DNA of 64,000 nucleotides from Mobula hypostoma (taxonomy: Eukaryota): assembly GCF_963921235.1 (NCBI RefSeq), contig NC_086097.1, positions 171,990,001 to 172,054,000 on the forward strand, written 5' to 3'. This document shows, piece after piece, positions 24,678 through 37,600 of this stretch. Each line of letters opens with the position of its first letter. The first letter of the stretch is position 1. The notes below the pieces were generated by a model. It did no database searches. It was given only the letters and a program-made list of their open reading frames with translations, and was not told where the DNA came from. The translations under genes were made by a program, and so were the position numbers.

Positions 24678-25575
24678 ATAAAAGGTTTAGGGAACATTGG
24701 ATTTTGAGAGATATTGAGGCCCTCGTTAAGAAGAAGAGATGCACTGCAGTTATAGACAGCAGGAACAAATTAGGTATTTGAGGAGTATAAGAAATGTAAG
24801 AGAACATCTAAGGAAAAGAAGGCTACAGGAAGGTATGAGGAAGAAGGTAAAGGAGAATATCAAGGGCTTGTACAGATACATTAAGAGTAAAAGGATAGCA
24901 AAGAACAAAATGGTTCTCTGGAAGATCTGAGTGGTCACCTATACATGGAGCCAAAAGAGATGGAAGAGATCTTAAAAGGATTGTTTTAATCTGTATTACT
25001 CGGGAGCCAGACACAGAGTCTATAGAAGTGAGGCAAAGCAGAGTAGGGTCATGGACAGCAGAAAGATTACAGAAGAGGGGGCTTTGCTATCTTAAGGAAA
25101 ATTAGGGTGGATAAATCCCCAGGTCTGAAAAAAGGTTCCCTCAGACCCTGTGGGAGGCTAGTGCAGAAATTGCAGGGACCCAAGCAGAGCTATTTAAAAC
25201 ATCCTTTGCCATGAGTGAGGTGCCAGAGAACTGGAGGATACCCAATGTTGTTCTGTTGTTTATGAAAGGCTTTAAGAATAAATCAGGAAGTTATAGGCTG
25301 GTGAGCCTGACGTCAGTGGGTAAGTTATTGGAAGGTATTCTTAGGGACAACATATTTGGATAGACAGGGAAAGATTAAGGGTAGTCAGCATGGCCTTCTG
25401 TATGGTAGGTCGTGTGTAACCAATCTCATAGTTTTTTGAGGAAGTTACCAGGAAAGTTGATGAAGGCAAGACAGTAGATGTTGTCTAAATGGACTTTAAA
25501 AAAGCATTTGACAAGGTCCCGCATGAGAGGTTGGTCTAGAAGGTTCATTTGCTTGGTGTCCAAGATGAGGTAGTA

Positions 25576-27545
25576 GTGCTTAGAGGACTGCTCTGAGTCA
25601 GTGCACTAATCAATATTCGGGGATTCATCTTCAAGTCAGAATGAATATGCCACAGTTGTTACCAACCTCATCAGGACCTGTGTGAATGACTGTGTGCCTT
25701 TGAGAATATACCGGACATAACCAACCAAAAGCAGTGGATGTACCAGGAGATTCATAGTCTGCTGAGGGCTAGATTTGTGGCATTCAAGACCAGTGATTCA
25801 GAATTATACAAGAAGTCCAGGTACGACCTTTAGAAGGCTACTTGTAAAAAAAAATCAATTCAGATTGAAGTTAAAGATGTAATTGGATGCACATCAACTC
25901 TGGCAGGGTATGCCCTACAAAGCAAAATCTAACAATGGCTGTGTTGCTTCATACTCCTGATCTCAGTCTTTTAATCATCATTTCAAAGGGGGAAAAAGAC
26001 TACACTATGCCAGTCCCCGCAGCATCTGGTGACCCTGTGGTCTCTGTGTCAGAGGCTGATGTCAGAACATCTTTCGAGAGGGTGAGCTCTCACAAGGTGC
26101 CAGGCCCTGATGGTGTTCTTGGTGGGGCTCTGAAGACTTGTGCCAACTAACTGGTGGAAGTGTTCAAGGACATCTTCAGTTCCTCACTGCTGCAGCCAGA
26201 GGTTCCTACTCGGACGGCAGTCACACCAGTGCCCAAGGACAGCAGGGTCAGCTGTCTCAATGACGACCGTCCAGTGGTACTCACATCTACCGTGAAGTGC
26301 TTTGAGAGGTTGATCATGGCTAGGATCAACTCCTGCTTAAGCAGGGACCTGGACTCACTGCAGTTTGCCTATCACCACAATAGGTTTAAGTGAATGCAAT
26401 CTCACTGTCCCTCCACTTGACCTTGGATCACCAGGAGAATACTTACGTCAGGCTGCTGTTCATTAATTACTGCTCAGCGTTCAGCAGAATCATTCCCTCA
26501 GTTATAATCAACAAGCTCCAAAACCTGGTCCTCTGTACCTCACTCTGCAACTGGATCCTTGACTTCCTCTCAGTCTGTGCTGATCTGAAATAACATCTCG
26601 TCCTCGCTGACAATCAACACTGGTACACCTCAAGCATACGTACTTAGCCCACTGCTCTACTCTCTCTAAATCCATGGCTGTGTGACTAGGCACAGCTCAA
26701 ATGCCATCTATAAATTTGCTGATGACACAACTATCGTTGGCAGAATTTCAGATGGTGATGAGGAGGTGTACAGGAGTGAGATAGATCAGCAAGTTGAGTG
26801 GTGTCGCAACAACCTGGCACTCAACATCAGTAAAGTCAAAGGAATTGATTGTAGACTTCAGGAAGGGGAAGTTGATGGAAGACACAGCAGTCCCCACGGA
26901 GGAATCAGCAGTGGAAAGGGTGAGCTGTTTCAAGTTCCTGGGTGTCAGCATCTCTGTAGATCTATCCTGAGCCCACCATATTGATGAAATTACAAGGAAG
27001 TCATGACAGCAGCTATATTTCATTTGGAATTTGAGAAGATTTGGTATGTTCACAAAAGATACTCACAAATTTCTACAGATGTACCAGGGAGAGTATTCTG
27101 ACTGGTTGTATCACTGTTTGGTATGGAGCGGCCACTGTACAGGATTGGAAAAAGCTGCAGAAAATTGTAAACAGCCAGCTACACCGTTAGCACTCACCTC
27201 CCCAGCATCGAAAGGCAATACTTCAAAAAGTTGGAATTCATCAGCCAGGACATGACCTCTTCTCATTACTAACATCAAGGATGAGGTACAAGATTCTGAA
27301 GACACACAGTCAATGTTTCAGGAACAGCTTCTTCCCCTCCAGCATCAGATTTATAAATGGACAATGAGCCCATGTACACTACTTCACTATTACTTTCCTC
27401 TCTTTTGGCACTACTTATTTAATATAATTTTAAATATATACTTCTCATATAATTTATAGTTCTTTAAAATATTATTATGTATTGCAATGCATTCCTGCTG
27501 TAAAACAACAAATCTCACGACATATTAAACCTGATTCCAGTTATG
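25576..27545 (+). mobile_element. Rex1/Babar-type LINE, 5'-truncated and decayed
   Basis: [72 protein letters not shown] tail; CR1 resumes on both sides. Confidence 0.9.
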
Positions 27546-27635
27546 AAATTGGATTAGACATTGGCTTTGCAGCAGAAGCCAGAGAGAGGTAGTAGGTGGT
27601 TGCCTCTCTGACTGGAGGCTTGTGATTAGTTGTGT

Positions 27636-28573
27636 CAGTCAGTCAGTCAGTCAGTGGGTGCCGTCCCAAATCCGGGGTTGGTGGCTATGCACCTCCATCT
27701 TCTTTGATCTTGCGACAGCACCGAGTACAGCCTCTCCTCCAGTTTGTTCTCGCTGGCCGCCTTGGCACCGCCGCTGCCCCCGTTGAACTCGAGCCCGAGG
27801 CTGTGTCAGCTTCCAGTTACGGCCGCTTCTTCGAGCTCAGCCCTTCCTTAGGCCGAGGCCTTGGGCAGGTCCAGGCACTCGGTGCAACATCCAAGTTCAT
27901 CATATCTCTTCTAACTAGGTGCATAGCATACGATTCGTAGATACATGGTGAGGCTTTAATCTCTTTTTAAATCTTTTTATTGAATAAGTATACAAAAAGG
28001 TAAACCATATAAACATTAATACAATGTTAAAATATAATAAAATTCCAGAAGGTATCAATACCAAAAAAAATACTACAAACAATGTAATTTAAACATAAAA
28101 AACCAAGATAACATAATAGTATACTAAATTTTATATATATATCAATGGAAAAAAAAGAAAAAAAAACCCCCCAAAAAAAACCCACCGTGCAACTAACTAA
28201 AAGCAAAGCAAAGCAAAGCAATGGGCTAACTTGAAACCAAACAGAGTTAAACTTAAAATCACGTCCTCAATCCCGACCTCCATTAAAAACAGTGAAAAAA
28301 AACAAGAAGGGGCTTTAATCTCTTCCACGGAAGATGGCCGTTGGCTCACAAGGAGCTCATCTGCCCTTTGTCAGGTCTTGTTTTTTTTCAGTCCTGCAGG
28401 GTGTCCTCACACCCTCCTCACCAGACTAAGTCCAGTGGGAGAGCCGGCCCAATTCACCGACCACTCGACCACGGCCCCCGGCTGAGCGCTGGGCGCCCGC
28501 CCCCCAACAAATCTCTCCAAGCGTCCGGCGCCCCACTGAAAACCATGGTCAATCGGCTGGCGACCAAACTGGA
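27636..28573 (-). mobile_element. GC-rich non-autonomous retroposon with RTE-like 3' end and (GACT)n tail
   Basis: TSD AGT(T/G)GTGT (27628-27635, 28574-28581); minus-strand end reads SQDQRRWRCIATNPGFGTAPTD followed by the tail. Confidence 0.65.
27966..28310 (-). mobile_element. L1/Tx1-like 3' UTR insertion nested in the previous element
   Basis: Perfect 14 bp TSD GGCTTTAATCTCTT (27952-27965, 28311-28324); T-rich body, AATAAA and A-rich end on the minus strand. Confidence 0.75.
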
Positions 28574-29329
28574 AGTGGTGTACAGCAAGGATTTGTGCTG
28601 GGTCCACTGTTTATCAAATTTATCACTGACCTGTGTGATAATGTGGTAAATTGGGTCGGAAAAGTTGCAGATAACACCAAGGTTGGGGGTGCAGTATGCA
28701 GTGAAGAAGACTATCAAAGCTTGCTGAGGAATCTGGAGCTGCTGGAAAGTAGGCTGAGAAATGACAAATGGAATTTAATACAGACAAGTTTGTGGCATTG
28801 CACTTTGGTAGGCCCAACCAGGGTAGGACTTAAAAGTAAGCAGTAGGGCACTAAAGAGTGCCATAGAACAGAGAGATATGGGAATACAAATCGATAATTC
28901 TTTGAAAATGGTGTCCCAGGTAGTGTTGTAAGAAATCTTTCAGCACATTGGTTTTCATCAACCAAAGTATTGAGTACAAGAGTTGGGATGTTATGTTGAA
29001 GTTGTTGAAATTGTTGAAGGGGGTTGTGAGGCCTAATTTGGAGAATTGTGTGCAGTTTTGGTCATCTACCTGCAGGAAAGATATCAGTAAGATTGACAGA
29101 GCGCAGAGAAAATTTACAAGGATGTTGCCAAGACTTAAGCAGCTGAGTTATAGGGAAAGATTGAATAAGTTAGGACATCATTCCCTAGAGTGTAGGAGAA
29201 TGAGGGGAGATTTGAGAGAGGTATGGAAAATTATGAAGAGTATAGTTAGGGTAAATGCAAGCAGGCTTTTCCTTTTGAGATTGGGAGACCCAATCTTGTA
29301 CATGTACAGTTCTGGTCATCTGATTAAAT

Positions 29330-29780
29330 AAAAGAGGAGGTTAAGAGTGCAGAGATTTACAAGGATGATGCCAGGACTAGGGGGCCTGAGTTATAGGGAC
29401 AGCTCAGCCAGGCTAGGTCCTTTTTCCTTTAGAATGTCGGAAAATGAGGGAAGGCCTTGTAGAAGTGTTTAAAATTATGAGAGGCACAAATAAGGTGGAT
29501 GGTAACAGTCTTTTCTCCAAGACAGGTCAGAGGGTACAAGTTTAGGGTGAAAGGGGAAAGATTTAAAAGGAACCTGAGGGGCAAACGAGTTATATAGACG
29601 ATGGTGAGTATATGGAATGAGCTGCCAGACAAGTATAACTGTATCATTTAAGAAGCACTTCCATAGATTCATGGAGGGATGTGGGCAAATGAAGGAAATT
29701 TGTACTAGTTTGCTGAGCACTGTGTTTGGCATGGTCTGGCTGAGCTGAAGGGCTTGCATCCATGTTATTTCGCTCTGTGC
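29330..29780 (+). mobile_element. CR1 3' fragment
   Basis: AGATTTACAAGGATGATGCCAGGACT..AGAGGGTACAAGTTTAGGGTG, same pattern as other CR1 3' ends in the window. Confidence 0.75.
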
Positions 29781-31639
29781 AATGTTTTTGATTTCCAGTC
29801 ACTCAGCTAAAACTCTGCTGCAAACTGTCTCAAAGCATGCAGTGAGCATGAAGTGTCAAGAGTGTAGCGAGCCCAGGAAGTACTTCTCTAAAGAATAATA
29901 AGACATATTCAACAAGATATATTGCTGCCAAGCACTAAAGCAAAAAGAAGATAAATGCATGAGTGGATTCAAATTAGAAATGAACTGAAGTGAAGGAAAC
30001 ATTTAAGATTAATCTGCTGGCACAGGTTTTTCTTATTTTTTTGAAGTATAATTTAGACAAAACTCATGCTGAAATCTTCTGTAACTTACTCATTTCTATT
30101 CAACAATAGCTTTCAGTTATGAAGAGGCCTATATGGTTAGGCAGCCCAGGTTTGATGCTGAACCACTTAAGAAGGCCGTGAGGTGTTCAATCTATAACAC
30201 AGACATAAAGACAGATGTTGAAGGAGGAAAATGCAGAGAGAATCAGAGAGAATCTGCAAGACTACTGGACACACAACCACAGGTTAGAGTTGAGGGATAC
30301 TAGACTTCTGCAGGAATGGCCCCTTGATGAAAAAAGAAGCACGGCAGGAAAAGAGGAGGGAATAATGGGAATGGGGGGGGGTCAGGGACATGGAGATAGG
30401 TGAGAGGTGATTTTTTAAAAGAGAGCCAAGGGACCACTACTTCACAAGGACAGTATGTATATGGAATTAGCTGCCAGAGAAAGTGGTTGAAGCAGGCAGA
30501 AGAACATCATTCAACTCATTTGGGTAAGTACATAGATAAGAGAAGTTTAGAGGGAGAACAGCCAAATGTGAGCAAATAGAGCCAGTTTAGGTGGGGACCA
30601 GGGTCAACATTGACTAAGTGGGTCACAAGGCCTGTTTCTATGCTTTGTTATTCTATGACTCTGTGAACTTTAGGTCTTAAATTCAAGGCATTATGGGACA
30701 AGACGCAGGGAGTAATGTTAATGAGAGAGCAGGATAGAGAGAGAATTTCAGATACTTTGATAGCACTGGAGAGGATGTCCGGGAGATTTACAAAGAACAT
30801 AGAACAGGACAGGATAGGAATGGGCCCTTTGCCCCACAGTATCTGTGCTAACCATGATGCCAATTTAAATTGCACATCTGCTTACACGTAGTTATTATCC
30901 TTCCATTCCAATCTCTGTCTAAACGCCTATTAAACATTGCTAAATGTATTTGCTTCCACCATTCCCCCCCCCAGCACCAGTGTTCAAAGCACTTAAAGAA
31001 GGTGCTAAGACTGTAAAACTAGAAGACTGGATAAGCTAGGATTGTTGTCTTTTGAAAAGGAGCAGGCAGAGGAGGGGAAACTTATTGGATGTGTACAAAA
31101 CTATGAGCAGTCTACAAGGAGTAGTCTGGAAGGATCACAGAGGTCAAAAACTCAAAGGCAAATATGTAAGATAATGGGTAGAAGGACTAGGGGAGCAATG
31201 AAGAAGATTGCGGGAGCCTTGAGCTAACTGTCTGAAAGGGTGGTAGAGGCAGAAATACTAATAGGTGTGTACTTGAAGAATGATGACCTTCAGGGATGTG
31301 GACATAATGCTGGAAGGTGGGGTTCAGCTGGGTACATGAGAACGTAAGATACAGAAGCTGATGTGGGCCATTTGGCTGCTTGAACCTCCTTCACTATTCA
31401 TTAACTGATCTTCAGTGCTCTCTGGAGACTTTCATAACCCCATATTCCTAGAATCCTTTAATTTCTCACAAGGTTTTCAGTGTCATCTGCACTCAGCAAT
31501 TGTACCTTGACATTCATCTTGGGTAGAGATTTCCAAAGTTTTATTGTCCTCTACGTGACAAGATGTCTGTCCTACACACTTTGTGACTATGACTCTTGAC
31601 TCCAGGCACCCCAGCTAGGCGAACAGAGCTCAAAAGAGT

Positions 31640-32145
31640 TCAAGATGTTTGAGAAAATTTGTTATGTCACCAATGACTCGTGCAAATTTCTACAGATGTA
31701 CTGTGGAGTGCGTTCTGATTTGTTGCACCATTGTCTGATATGGAGGCACCAATAGACAGGATTGTAAGAGGTTTCAGAGGATTGTAAGAGGTTTCAGAGG
31801 GTTGTAGACTCAACCAGCTCCATCACAGGCACAAACCTCCCCACCATCGAGGACAACTTCAAAAGGCAGTGCCTCAAGCAGGTGGCATCCAACATGAAGG
31901 ATCCTCACATGCCCTCTTCAGGGCATAGGGACAAGGCCCACTCTCAACATTTTAGGAATAGCTTCTTCCTCTCTGTCATCAGATTTCTGACTGGTCCGTA
32001 GACTCATGAATATTATCTGGCTATTCCTCTTTTGCACTACTTGTTTTGTTATTGTAGCTTATAGTAATTTTCTATGCCTGAACTCTATTGCCTTCCCAAA
32101 ATAACAAATTTTTCAATTTATGTCAGTGACAATAAACCTGATTCT
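31640..32145 (+). mobile_element. Rex1/Babar 3' fragment with an internal 20 bp tandem duplication (~31757-31807)
   Basis: Colinear with 27030-27540; ends AATAAACCTGATTCTG. Confidence 0.8.
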
Positions 32146-33702
32146 GTGTATATGCCTAGTCTGTTTAATCTTACCCCATGGGATAAACCCAATTCGAGGA
32201 ATTAGTCTGACGAAGCTTTGTTCACACATATGACTCCCCTTCAGTAAGGCGATCAGACTTGAACACAATACTCCAGTTGTGGTTTTCCCAGAGCCCATTA
32301 TAATCCCAGTGTGATGTCTCTACCCTTGAACTCAAATCTTTTTGTAATTAAGGACAACATACCATCTTCTTTCCTATTGATCAAATGAAGGGATATGGGG
32401 TTAATATAAATGAGTACAATGCTCAGTATGGACATGAAGAAGTGAAGGACGTGCTTCTGTGCTATATGATTTGATGACTCTCTATGAGTCTAGTGTTGGA
32501 ATGCAAGAAGCATCCCTCCCATACTGTCACACAGCACAGAATCATGTCCTTCAGCACACTATGTTCACCCCAGCCATTAATAATACTCCTCTGAGGCAGT
32601 CCTGGCTCGCTAAGACCACTTTGCCTAATTACAAAAAAAATGTCAGACGATTGCTGGCATTGGAAATTTTCCTAATAAAATTGGTAGCTGCCTGAAAATT
32701 TTTAGAAGAGACTAAGGTTATAGTATCCAGTGAAGGAAAATTAGTAACGACAGTCTTCAGCTCTGACCTCCAAAGGATACGATTGCTCCTGACAGTTTGT
32801 GTTTGCTCCTTCCAACTCATCTGAGTGGAACAAAACAGAACTTAACATGTGAAATGTTGCCACATGGATGATTCCTCCCTTTGCTCCCATGGGAGGGAGT
32901 TGGTACCTGAGAACTTACTGCATTCCCTTGGTAAGTGATGCCAAATTCACTCAAGTTAGCATTAGCTGGCATCATAGTTTAGAGCAGTTGCCAGTGGTCA
33001 GGCTGTATCCCAAGTGGAATAGGAACACAAGACTGGTAGCAGCTGTCATGAAAACTTGCTGCTTTTGAAAGGAATCTGCTCCTTCCTCTGGGTACGACCT
33101 CCATCATCTTTAGGTCCTTCTATGGCAGATGTTGACCTTTTCCTCTTTCTCATTTCTTGCTTCTACATAATAAATAAGAGGTAAGCACGGGAGCTAATCT
33201 TAGAGCCTGCTCTGCTCTGCTGTAAAATGAAGGCTGATCTGATCTCAGCCTCAGGTCCAGTCCCAATAACCCCAGACTCACCTGTCACTCAAAGCCTTGA
33301 ATCTACACAACAACCTTGAATAAAGAATTTCAAAGATTCACAACTGTCTGACAAAAGAATTTCTTCCTTATTTCCATCTGAAAAGGGGCATCCCTTTGTT
33401 CTCTGATCCTATGACCTCATATCCCCTCAATGCTCTGAGAAACTTATGCATCATTGAGAACATATGTAATGCTTTCAAACTCCACAGAGTAAAAATCATT
33501 CTCCTGAATTAAGCCTCAAAACACAGTTGAACTTAGAACATAGAAGAATACAGTACAGGACAGGACCTGCAGCCCATAGTGTTGTACTAAACTAATTAAT
33601 GCTGAACCCTTGGACTGCCTCACTTTTTAAATATATATTATTTCTGTTTTTTGCACGATTTTTAATCTATTCAATATACATATACTGTAATTAATTTACT
33701 TA

Positions 33703-36700
33703 GAAACATAGAAACCTTCAGCACAATACAGGCCCTTCGGCCCACAAAGCTGTGCCGAACATGTCCTTACCTTAGAAATTACCTAGAGTTACCCATAGCC
33801 CTCTATTTTTCTAAGCTCCATGTACCTATCCAGGAGTCTCTTGAAAGACCCTGTCGTATCTGCTTCCACTACTGTCGCTGGCAGCCCATTCCAAGCACTC
33901 ACCATCCTCTGCGTAAAAAACTTACCCCTGACATCTCCGCTGTACCTACTTCCAAGCACCTTAAAACTGTGCCCTCTCATGCTAGTCATTTCAGCCCTGG
34001 GAAAAAGCCTCTGACTATCGACATCATCAATACCTCTCATCATCTTATACACCTCTATCAGGTCACCTCTCATGCTCTGTCTCTCAAAGGAGAAAAGGCA
34101 GAGTTCACTCAATCTATTCTCATAAGGCATGCTCTCCAATCTAGGCAACATCCTTGTAGATCTCCTCTGCACACTTTCTATGGCTTCCGCACCCTTTCTG
34201 TAGTGAGGCGACCAGAACTGAGCACAGTACTCCAAGAGGGGTCTGACCAGGGTCCTATATAGGTGCAACATTACCTTCCGGCTCCTAAACTTAATCCCAC
34301 GTTGATGAAGGCCAATGCACCATATGCCTTCTTAACCACAGAGTCAATCTGGGCAGCAGCTTTGAGTGGACTATGGACTTGGACCCCAAGATCCCTCTGA
34401 TCCTCCACACTGCCAAGAGTCTTACCATTAATACTATACTCTGCCATCATATTTGACCTACCAAAATGAACCACTTCACATTTACCTGGGTTGAATTCTA
34501 TCTGCCACTTCTCAGCCCAGTTTTGCATCCTATCAATGTCCTGCTGTAACCTCTGACAGCCCTCCACACTATCCACAACACCCCCAACCATTGTATCATT
34601 AGCAAATTTGCTAACCCATCCCACTACTTCTTCATCCAGATCATTTATAAAAATCACAAAGAGCAGGAATCCCAGAATAGATCCCTGAGGCACACCACTG
34701 GTCACTGGCCTCCATGCAGAATATGACCTGTCTACAACCACTCTTTGCCTTCTGTAGGCAAGCCAGTTCTGGATCCACAAAGCAATGTCCCCTTGGATCC
34801 CATGCCTCCTTACTTTCTCAATAAGCCTTGCATGAGGTACCTTATCAAATGCCTTGCTGAAATCCATATACACTACATCTACTGCTCTACCTTCATCAAT
34901 ATGTTGAGTCACCTTCCCAAAAAATTCAGTCAGGCTCGTAAGGCACAACCTGCCTTTGACAAAGCAATGCTGATGATTCCTAATCATATTACGCCTCTCC
35001 AAGTGTTCATAAATCCTGCCTCTCAAGATCTTTTCCATCAACTTATCAACCAGTGAAGTAAGACTCAATGGTCTATAATTTCCTGGGCTATCTCTACTCC
35101 CTTCTTGAATAATGGTACGACATCCTCAACCCTCCAATCCTCTGGAATCTCTCCCATCCCCATTGATGTTGCAAAGATCATTGCCAGAGGCTCCGTGATT
35201 TCCTCCCTTGCCTCCCACAGTACCCTGGGGTACATCTCATCCAGTCCCGGTGACTTATCCACCTTGGTGCTTTCCAAAAGCTCCAGTACATCCTCTTCCC
35301 TAATACCTGCATGCTCAAGCTATTCAGTCCACTGCAAGTCATCCCTACAATCACCAAGATCATTTTCCGTAGTGAATATTGAAGCAAAGTATTCATTAAG
35401 TACCGCTGCTATCTCCTCCGGTTCCATACACACTTTTCCATTGTCACACTTGATTGGTCCTATTCTCTCATGTCTTATCCTCTTGTTCTTCACATACTTG
35501 TAGAATGCCTTGGAGTTTTCCTTAATCCTGTCCACCAAGGCCTTCTCATGGCCCCTTCTGGCTCTCCTAATTTCATTCTTAAGCTCCTTCCTACTAGCCT
35601 TATAATCTTCTGGATCTCTATCATAACCTAATTTTTTTGAACCTTTCATAAGCTTTTCTTTTCTTCTTGACTAGATTTACAACAGCTTTTGTACACCTCG
35701 GTTCCTGTACCCTACCATCCTTTCCCTGTCTCATTGGAACGTACCTATGCAGAACTCCACGCAAATAACCCCTGAGCATTTGCCACATTTCTGACGTACA
35801 TTTCCCTGAGAACATCTGTTCCCAAATTATGCTTCCAAGTTCCTGCCTGATAACCTCATATTTCCCCTTACTCCAATTAAACGCTTTCCTAACTTGTCTA
35901 TTCCTATCCCTCTCCAATGCTATGGTAAAGGAGATAGAATAATGATCACCATCTCCAGAATGCTCTTCCACTGAGAGATCTGACACCTGACCAGCTTCAT
36001 TTCCCAATACCAGATCAAGTACAGCCTCTCCTCTTGTAGGCTTATCTACATATTGTGTCAAGAAACCTTCCTGAACACACCCCATCTAAACCCCTCACTC
36101 TAGGGAGATGCCAATCAATATTTGGGAAATTAAAATCTCCCAGCACAATAACCCTGTAATTATTACACCTCTCCAGAATCTGTCTCCGTATCTGCTCCTC
36201 AATATCCCTGTTACTATTGGGTGGTCTATAAAAAACACCCAGTAGAGTTATTGGCCACTTCCTGTTCCTAACTTCCACCCACAGAGATTCAGTAGACAAT
36301 CTCTCCATGACTTCCTCCTTTTCTGTAGCTGTGACACTATCTCTGATCAACAGTGCCACACTACCACCTCTTTTGCCTCCCTCCCTGTCCTTTCTGAAAC
36401 ATCTAAAGTCATAGCTCCAAGTACTCATCCATGCTCTAAGCTCATCCACTTTGTTCACAATACTCTTTGCAGTAAAATAGACACATCTCAAACCATCGGT
36501 CTGAGTGCGTCCCTTCTCTATCACCTGCCTATCCTCCCTCTCGCACTGTCTCCAAGCTTTCTCTATTTGTGAGCCAACCGCCCTTCCTCCATCTCTTCAG
36601 TTTGGTTCCCACCCCCCCAGCAATTCTCGTTTAAACTCTCCCCAGTAGCCTTAGCAAACCTCCCCACCAGGATATTGGTCCCCCTGGGATTCAAGTACAA

Positions 36701-37209
36701 CCCGTCCTTTTTGTGCAGGTCACACCTGCCCCAAAAGAGGTCCCAATGATCCAGAAACCTGAATCTCTGCCCCTGCTCCAATCTCTCAGCCACGTATTTA
36801 TCTTCCACCTCACTCTATTCCTATACTCACTGACACGTGGCACAGGCAGTAATCCTGAGATGACTACCTTTGTGATACTGCTTCTCAACTTCCTTCCTAA
36901 CTCCCCATAGTCTGCTTTCAGGACCTCCTCCATTTTCCTGCCTATGTCGTTGGTACCAATATGTACCACGACCTCTGGCTGTTCTCCTTCCCACTTCAGG
37001 GTATCGTGGACGCAATCAAAGAGGCAAACTACCATCCATGCTTCTTTCCTGCACCCACAGAATCGCCTGTCTGACCCCTAACTACAGAGTACCCTATCAC
37101 TACTGCTTTCCTCTTCCTTTCCCTACCCTTCTGAGCCACAGGGCCAGACTCTGTGCAAGAGACACCCCCACGTAGGCAGTCCCCCCCCACAACAGTACTC
37201 AAACAGGAG
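33703..37209 (-). mobile_element. Near-full-length CR1: partial ORF1 (SGNH esterase-like) and frameshifted ORF2
   Basis: ORF1 VVVHIGTNDI, VVISGLLP, DGLYLN; ORF2 GVFYRPP, GDFNFP, GVPQGS, KFANDT, RPLLEYCAQFW; tail at 33703; TACTTA on both sides. Confidence 0.95.
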
Positions 37210-37339
37210 TACTTATTTATTTATTATTTTATTTTGTTTTTTCTTCTTCTATATTATGTATTGCATTGAACTGCTGCTGCTAAGTTAACAGATTTCACAT
37301 CGCATGCCTGTGATAATGAACCTGATTCTGAATCTGAAT

Positions 37340-37600
37340 TAAAGAAAGGGAGATTAGCTTTGTTTGTCACACATATATCCAAACATAGAATGAAATGCAT
37401 CACTTGCATCAAATCAGCGAGGATTGTGCTGGGCATTCTGCAAGAGTCACCACACTTCTGTCACCAACAGTGCATGCCCACAACTTATTAACCCTTACCC
37501 ACATACCTTTGGAATGGGGCAAGATCCCGAGCCCCTGGAGGAAACCCACGTTGTCACATACTAACTCTCTACAGACAGCATGAGGAATCAAACCCGATTA
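37340..37600 (-). mobile_element. V-SINE-like element
   Basis: Reverse strand shows GTTTGATTCC B-box-like site and CGTGGGTTTCCTCCAGGGGCTC V-domain-like sequence. Confidence 0.6.

Larger units (their letters stand above)
23345..29290 (+). mobile_element. Long decayed CR1 carrying several nested insertions
   Basis: IVGDFN..ILDLLL endonuclease, RT remnants, KVADNTKVGG, VRPNLENCVQFW, colinear across the inserts. Confidence 0.85.
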
